Of a DNA stretch of 64,000 nt, positions 57,690-64,000 are shown in pieces (the stretch's first letter is position 1; every line of letters starts with the position of its first letter). This stretch comes from Macrostomum lignano (Eukaryota): assembly GCA_002269645.1 (NCBI GenBank), contig NIVC01002485.1:105108-169107 (forward strand), given 5' to 3'. The notes under the pieces are model-generated. The model was not told the DNA's origin. It did not search any database and saw only the letters and a program-made list of their open reading frames with translations. The position numbers were made by a program, and so were the translations under genes.

Positions 57690-58000
57690 GGAGAGGGGAG
57701 AAGAAAGGAGAGACAGGAGGGGAAAGAAGTGAGATGAGAGGAAAGAGGAGGAGTGAGGGGAAAGGACAGAGGGAAGAGGGGGTAGGAGAGAGGAGAGAGG
57801 AGAGAGGGGGTAGGAGAGAGAAGAGAGGAGAGAGGGGGTAGGAGAGAGGAGAGAGGAGAAAGGAGAGAGGAGAGAGGAGAGAAGGGAGAGGGGGGAGAGA
57901 GGAAAGAGAGGAGATTGGAGAGACGAGAGATGGGATGAAAAAGGAGGAGAGAGAGGAGAGGGAAAGAGAAGACAGGAGAGAGGAGAGAGAGGCAGGCAGG
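57690..58000. repeat. GA-rich low-complexity tract
   Basis: Almost purely purine on +. Confidence 0.85.
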
Positions 58001-58971
58001 CAGGCGGCAGGTAGGCAGGCAGACAGGAGGGCTTTTTAGACTTGAAATTGGATTAAAAAAGTAGAGAAGATAAGAGAGAGAGAGAGAAAGCAGGCCAGGA
58101 GCCAGCGGTCAGATGTTGAGCGGATATCAAGTGCGGGGGAGACAAGGCGGATGGATATCGGCTTATAGTGAAGCGGCCGGCAGGATTCCGTGGTGGTCAT
58201 GCCAGAGACTGCATGCAATTGGCAAAAACAGCAAAACTGGCCGGATCGCTGGAATTCGGGAGGGGGTGGGCAAGCACGCCTCCCGCCTACTACACTATGG
58301 CCGCTGCTGCAGGATGTTTGTGCTGCTGCGGTGCAGCATTGGGGTGGGCAGATTAAAAAATCCCACCAACCCCCCCCCCCCTCGCATGCCCCGCTCAGAT
58401 TGGAAAAGATCCATCGCTCGTAATTGCCAGGGAAATAATAAGTGGCCAGGCTGGGGGGGGGGGGGGGCCAGGTTCCAGGCGGCCGGGCGAATTAAATCTT
58501 CATCCCTTCTCCTCGGCCAGCCTGGCAGCCCGGATACGAATCCCTAAGGCTGATCCCGCACCTACTGCAGTCCTCGCCCCTTCACTTGATCCCCTTCACT
58601 TCGCAGCTGGGAGAAAATGGCGGCTGCCCAACCCAAGCGGCGGTGGGTGGATTAAGAAGAGAACAAGGATAGATAGAGAATGCTGCAGTGCGTGTGCTCT
58701 TGAGAAACAGATATATGGCCCCAGCTGACCCAGGGTCGGCTCTATAAAAAAAAACTGGTTCACAACTGCAGTCGTACACAGAGGTCAAAGTTATCGAACA
58801 AAGAGTAGCCGAGCTAACATAGGGAGCCAATATAATAATAAGATAGCTAAAGCTGAAACCAAAATCCCAAATCCTCGGATTCCTACTGTTCGACCATAGA
58901 CAAAAGTCTGCAACTGGAACTGAATTGCATGGTACTCTTTGGTTATCGGATCAATAATGAAACATATAAAG

Positions 58972-59060
58972 CAGGGGTTGGCCAACTCCGGCCCGCGAAG
59001 CCTCTCTATCCGGCCCTCGGGTCCTTTGAAACTTCTCCATGGCAATCCGGCCTGCTCAAG
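58972..59060 (+). mobile_element. Possible hAT-type DNA transposon end fragment
   Basis: CAGGGGTTGGCCAACTCCGGCCCGCG resembles hAT (Charlie/Buster-like) termini; no partner end found. Confidence 0.4.
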
Positions 59061-61019
59061 GTTTGTGTCTCTGCTCAGCTCTACTCTCTCTAATCTCCTC
59101 TCTCCCGAAAAGGTTGCCTGGAGGTTTTGACTTTTAAACAAAAATATATATCCTATCGAAGGCCGTTTATATGGGTGAACTTTTTTCGGCGAGGTTTCTG
59201 CCATAGACTCGAGCAATAGTAATTAAGTATACTATATCCCCTGTATGTGCTAAGTCAGTTAACGGATATCCAAATCTGAGAGCCTACAGAACAAGACAGG
59301 TTGGGCCAGAAACAAAACGCAAATTTGCCGTTTATCCTGGAATCAGCGACCTAGAATACAATATTCAATACATTTATTCATAACATTCCATTTCCTCTAG
59401 TTAAGTGCATAACAATAAATAATCGGTGATTGAAACTGTTCACGCAATTCAGTTACCTGTTGAAGTGAAGACATTGCTTCAGATAGACGATTATTGACAA
59501 TTTCTGTGTAATGAAGTTAGCGCAATTCGATTTGTTCGGTTTTGTGAGTGCTGCTGCTGGCTGGATGATGAAGTTTCGCTCGATTGCCGTCCTTGAGTTT
59601 GCCAACTGACAGACCAACTGTTTTATTGCTAATTTCTGCCCTGCAGGCAAAGTTCCACGTTTAGCGACCCCGGGGAGCAGTTAAAGGATTCTAATAAAGC
59701 GATGACCTGCTCAGCCGTCTCCTATTGGCTGACAGGTTCGCTTTGCTGCCGGCCAATCAGAAGCGCCGCTGCTGAATTCATTTATCTATAAGCACCAATT
59801 CGTTTAAAAGTGAGCTATTAAACATGGGGGCATTGGGACATATCTCTGACAAGGTTTGAAAAAAAGAATGAAAATTGTTACGCGTATGCAGTCCCTTTGA
59901 CAGACGGCCACTAAAGACTGAAGGTGATGACTTGACAGTGGCGCCAGAGTCACAGGCGTTGATGGCTTGCCATCATTCTCTTCCATTGTGTCCTCGATTT
60001 CGGTCAAAGAATCATTTTCTCCATGCTGCCATGCTTGCCAATTAGAATGCAGCTTCTTTCTCTAGGCTACATCTTGAATACGAATAAATACGACGTCATA
60101 GTGGAAATCCCCCCCCCCCCAGGTTCCGTTCCGCTTGGCAGCCGAGAGGTGCTGGCTAGGCAGAGTATTGACCAGAGCTCGGCCAACAGACCCATTTACT
60201 GTATGAAGCTCAGGCACTCGATAAATACGGACTACAACACACACAGAGAGAAAATGCAGACAGCCCGGGATGACGCGGCGGCAGATGCTGCGGTCCCAGG
60301 CTAGGGCGGACTGAGTAGACTCAGTAGAGGATGGGATCAAGGGACTCGAGTGGTAGAGCTAATTCTGTCGCCTTGGTGAGAAAATGAATGCGAAGACAAG
60401 CTTATGGCACAAACATTAGAGATCAGAGAGCACTGCTGACTCAAACGCGGAGGGGCGGGATGGCATTCGATTTGAATGGGGAAAATAGCATGCAGCTTTA
60501 CATTATCCCAAACTGCGTACAGCTGGGATTTGAGTGCCTCTCAACACTACAGTCAGCAGAAGACAGCCACCTTCGAAAACAACTCGAAGGCTTAAAGGAA
60601 TCTGCGAGGAAGCCGGAGTAAGGGCGAGAAAAAGTTGGCGGGCTTTCCCGATTAAAACAGCAAGGCAGCGCGGGCTGAGCAAACCGAGTGTTGAATAATT
60701 GATTGATTTGCCAGAGTCGGAGCGTGTTTCGATGGGATCAATAATACATATTATATTATAAAGTTAAGCGCTGCAACCTCCACGCCGAGGTGAGGAAGGC
60801 AAAACACTGCAGAGAATGATTGGCGGCAATTTTGGCCGCTCGCGGATCCCGTCGTCCAGGGATGGAAAAATATCCCTTCCAACTTTCTCGTACTCGAGAC
60901 GCCTGGCTTAATTGGATGCTTATGGGAGCTGTAGGAAAAGCAGTTGAGTAGCACCATTGTGTGACATCGTCCCACAGCACACGGTTGGGCTACCCAAAAA
61001 TCTACATGTAAGAAGCTCA

Positions 61020-61460
61020 GATTCCATGACTATCTCTCAGATCCCAAGTCCATCACTCAGATCCCAAGCCCATCTCTCAGATCCCAAGTCCATCTCTCAG
61101 ATCCCAAGACCATCTCTCAGATCCGATCACCATCTCTCAGATCCCAAGTCCATCTCTCAGATCCCAAGACAATCTCTCAGATCCCACGACCATCTCTCAG
61201 ATCCCAAGTCCATCACTCAGATCCAAGACCATTTCTCAGATCCGATGATAATCTCTCAGATCCCAAGACCATCTCTCAGATCCCAAGACCATCTCTCAGA
61301 TCCTATGACCATCTCTCAGATCCGATGATCATCTCTCAGATCCCAAGTTCATCTCTCAGATCCGATGACCATTTCTTAGATTACAAGTCCATTTCTCAGA
61401 TCCCAAGACAATCTCTCAGATCCCAAGGCAATATTTCAGATCATAAGGTCATCTCACAGA
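61020..61460. repeat. Minisatellite, 20-bp unit CCATCTCTCAGATCCCAAGA
   Basis: Tandem units. Confidence 0.9.
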
Positions 61461-61969
61461 CCCTAGGATATTCTCACCGATACCAAAATAGATCCTAGAT
61501 TTCAAGACAATCGTAAAGATCTTGAGAGACCACCCTTCCCAGATCTTAAAGTTCATTACTCAGATCGAAGCACGCTTTCAGATTCGTATAGCATATTAAG
61601 AGAGCTCAAGTCAGGTGCTCAGGAAACTGCGACTTTAAGCAGGAAGAGACTTCGTCACGATCCGGCCTGAAGCACCGAGTGCAGTACTAAATTAATTTCC
61701 CTGCAAGGCTGCAGAGACGCCTTGCTCTTAGATTTCACCGTTGCCGAACACCAGGTGAAATCGTGCGTGATCCGCGCTGGTAATTCAAGAAAAAGCCAGT
61801 GAAAGCCAGGCTACGCGCAGTTAGTTTGGGCGGCAGGCAGCAAGACTACTTTTTAAGGTTAGTAGTCGGTCAAATTCTAGTCAGCATCCTGGATTGAAAA
61901 ATGCACAATCTATTCGACTGCAACCTGCTGTGACATTCGAAGTCAACACGAGTATTCGAAGCCAAAGCT

Positions 61970-62320
61970 AAGCAACTGAGGATCTGGGGGTGACGGCATA
62001 GCAACTGAGGATCTGGGGGGACGGCATAGCAACTGAGGATCTGGGGGTGACGGCATAGCAACTGAGATCTGGGGGTGACGGCATAACAACTGAGGATCGG
62101 GGGTGACGCATAGCAACTGAGGATCTGGGGGTGACGGCATAGCCGCATAGCAAATGAGCATTTGGGGGTGACGGCATAGCAACTGAGGATCTGGGGGTGA
62201 CGCATAGCAACTGAGGATCTGGGGGTGACGGCACAGCAACTGAGGATCTGGGGGGGGACGGCACAGTAACTGAGGATCTGGAGGGGCCTGACGGCACAGC
62301 AACTGAGGATCTGAGATCGC
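61970..62320. repeat. Minisatellite, 29-bp unit GCATAGCAACTGAGGATCTGGGGGTGACG
   Basis: Tandem units. Confidence 0.9.
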
Positions 62321-63008
62321 CGGCAAGGTTTGGTTTATTACACACGAGTTATTTCGAATAAAAATGCCAGCCTTACTACTCCTAAAAGTAGCAAGATGCG
62401 AAAATCCAACAGTTTAAGCGTAAAGTTTACTATTCGAAAGTGATGCAAGAAAAAAGCAACATAAAAGACTATCAAAAATGATTTGTAATAAGAAAGTCGT
62501 TTTAAATGTTCTTTTATACGATTCTGTACGTTTTTTATTTACTGAAATATTTTGCAATGGCGAATCTTAGTTAACTGCTAGATCGATATTGAAAAAAAAC
62601 GAATTCATGGCCTAATATGCTACTCTTCGAGTACTTAACAAGTAATATAAGAAATTCCAAAGCTTTGAATATAAATATTTTGTAATTTTTAGACGGCGCC
62701 TTAATCCTCTGAACTGGTAAAGCTATTTTTTAAAAACTATAAATCTTTGCATAATATAATAGTGCCATATTTCAAGGCTTATTCACTACCTGTCTGCGTA
62801 CCAGATCGAATTCATTATTGCTATTTTAACTAGAACACGGAAGGCAAAGCGTGGATGGAGCGAATTCGCAGACGAACAACTGATGGCAGAGAACAGAACA
62901 ATATTATCTACTCAATATGGACCAGCTTTTAAATTCAGAGCATCAACCATATATCATTAGGTCCAATAGGTGACACCAGCCAGACAGACTGTGGCTTAGC
63001 CTAATTCC

Positions 63009-63238
63009 CTAGCTGAGAGCCGACACGGCCTTCTTAGCCGCGTCCTCAAGGTTATCGGCGCTTAATATTGGCAGTCCGGAGTCCGCCAGCAGCCGCTTGG
63101 CCTCTTCAACGTTGGTGCCTTCAAGGCGGACAACCAGCGGCACGCGAAGGCTGATCTTCTTGGCCGCCTCGGTGATGCCCTTGGCGATGGTGGCGCAGTT
63201 CACGATGCCGCCGAATATGTTCACCAGGATGCAGCGCA
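63009..63238 (-). CDS. SUCLG2: Succinyl-CoA ligase [GDP-forming] beta subunit, last coding exon
   Basis: [58 protein letters not shown]; GGIVNC favours the GDP-forming subunit over SUCLA2 (GGIMRC). Confidence 0.9.
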
Positions 63239-63289
63239 CTGCGGGACGGTGGGTTGCTTAGACTTATGAAGACTAACCGTCAGGGTATA

Positions 63290-63890
63290 GGGAGACAGAC
63301 ACCTGTGCACAGCTACAGCCTACAGGACCACAGGTACACAGCAGCCTACACTGAGAGACCTGTGCACAGGTACAGGTACACAGCAGCCTACACTGAGACA
63401 CCTGTGCACAGCTACAGGTACACAGCAGCCTACACTGAGACACCTGTGCACAGCTACAGGTACACAGCAGCCTACATTGAGACACCTGTGGCACAGCTAC
63501 AGGTACACAGCAGCCTGAGACACCTGTGCACAGCTACAGGTACACAGCAGCCTGAGAAACCTGTGCACAGCTACAGGTACACAGCAGCCTGAGACACCTG
63601 TGCAAGCTACAGGTACACAGCAGCCTGAGAAACCTGTGCACAGCTACAGGTACACAGCAGCCTGAGACACCTGTGCACAGCTACAGGTACACAGCAGCCT
63701 GAGATGCACCTGTGCACAGCTACAGGTACACAGCAGCTACACTGAGACACCTGTGCACAGCTACAGGTACACAGCAGCCTGAGACCACCTGTGCACAGCT
63801 ACAGGTACACAGCAGCCTACACTGAGACACCTGTGTACAGCTACAGGTACACAGCAGCCTACACTGAGACACCTGTGTACTTAACTACAG
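63290..63890. repeat. Intronic minisatellite, 37/42-bp unit CCTGTGCACAGCTACAGGTACACAGCAGCCTGAGACA
   Basis: Fills most of the SUCLG2 intron. Confidence 0.92.
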
Positions 63891-63946
63891 GTACCCTGAC
63901 ACAACGGTAGAGATAAACCCAAAACAAGAATGTCTCAATGGTTCAC

Positions 63947-64000
63947 CTGCTGGTCAGACGTGAGGATGCGGAACGCGTGGTAAACCTGCTTCTCAGTGAC
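63947..64000 (-). CDS. SUCLG2: SUCLG2-like penultimate exon (partial)
   Basis: VTEKQVYHAFRILTSDQQ|GTGAAC, matching the SUCLG2 stretch VKEAQVYQAFKLLTADPK. Confidence 0.85.

Noticed and set aside
58791-59216. 141-aa minus-strand ORF with a hydrophobic C-terminus
   Set aside because: No recognisable motif, overlaps a probable transposon-end fragment, and no splice support.
1-64000. CRISPR arrays
   Set aside because: All arrays are head-to-tail repeats without unique spacers; eukaryotic context; no cas genes.

Overview
This is animal genomic DNA. Roughly a third or more of the window is minisatellite arrays with 12-69 bp units, and most long ORFs in the supplied track are artefacts of those arrays. 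The style resembles the flatworm Macrostomum, but that is an unverified inference. Host genes, all spliced and on the minus strand: a two-exon neuropeptide-type class A GPCR (4392-7798, one frameshift), three exons of a Cys-rich, probably GPI-anchored protein (24759-28286), and the last two exons of succinyl-CoA ligase GDP-forming beta (SUCLG2-like, 63009-64000). A tRNA-derived CORE-SINE is also present. The main feature is an 11,162-bp Polinton/Maverick (adintovirus-like) endogenous virus at 34581-45742. It has AGTAGT...ACTACT termini, long TIRs and a perfect 6-bp TSD (CACCTC). It keeps integrase (with a spliceosomal intron), penton, core protein, major capsid, protease and packaging ATPase, but its DNA polymerase has lost most of its length. 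It also carries what looks like its own RNA polymerase II transcription module: a divergent TATA-binding protein (TBP) homologue and a tandem PC4/Sub1-like protein. These two genes and the polymerase gene each have a canonical TATA box about 46-53 bp upstream of the ATG, plus CCAAT boxes. A variant motif, YATAAGA, occurs six times in the integrase-to-nuclease block, each time 35-140 bp upstream of a gene start. Working hypothesis (inference): an element-encoded, altered-specificity TBP drives a late/virion gene programme. All protein assignments come from motifs recognised by eye; no searches were run, so novelty is unverified. Repeat boundaries are approximate.
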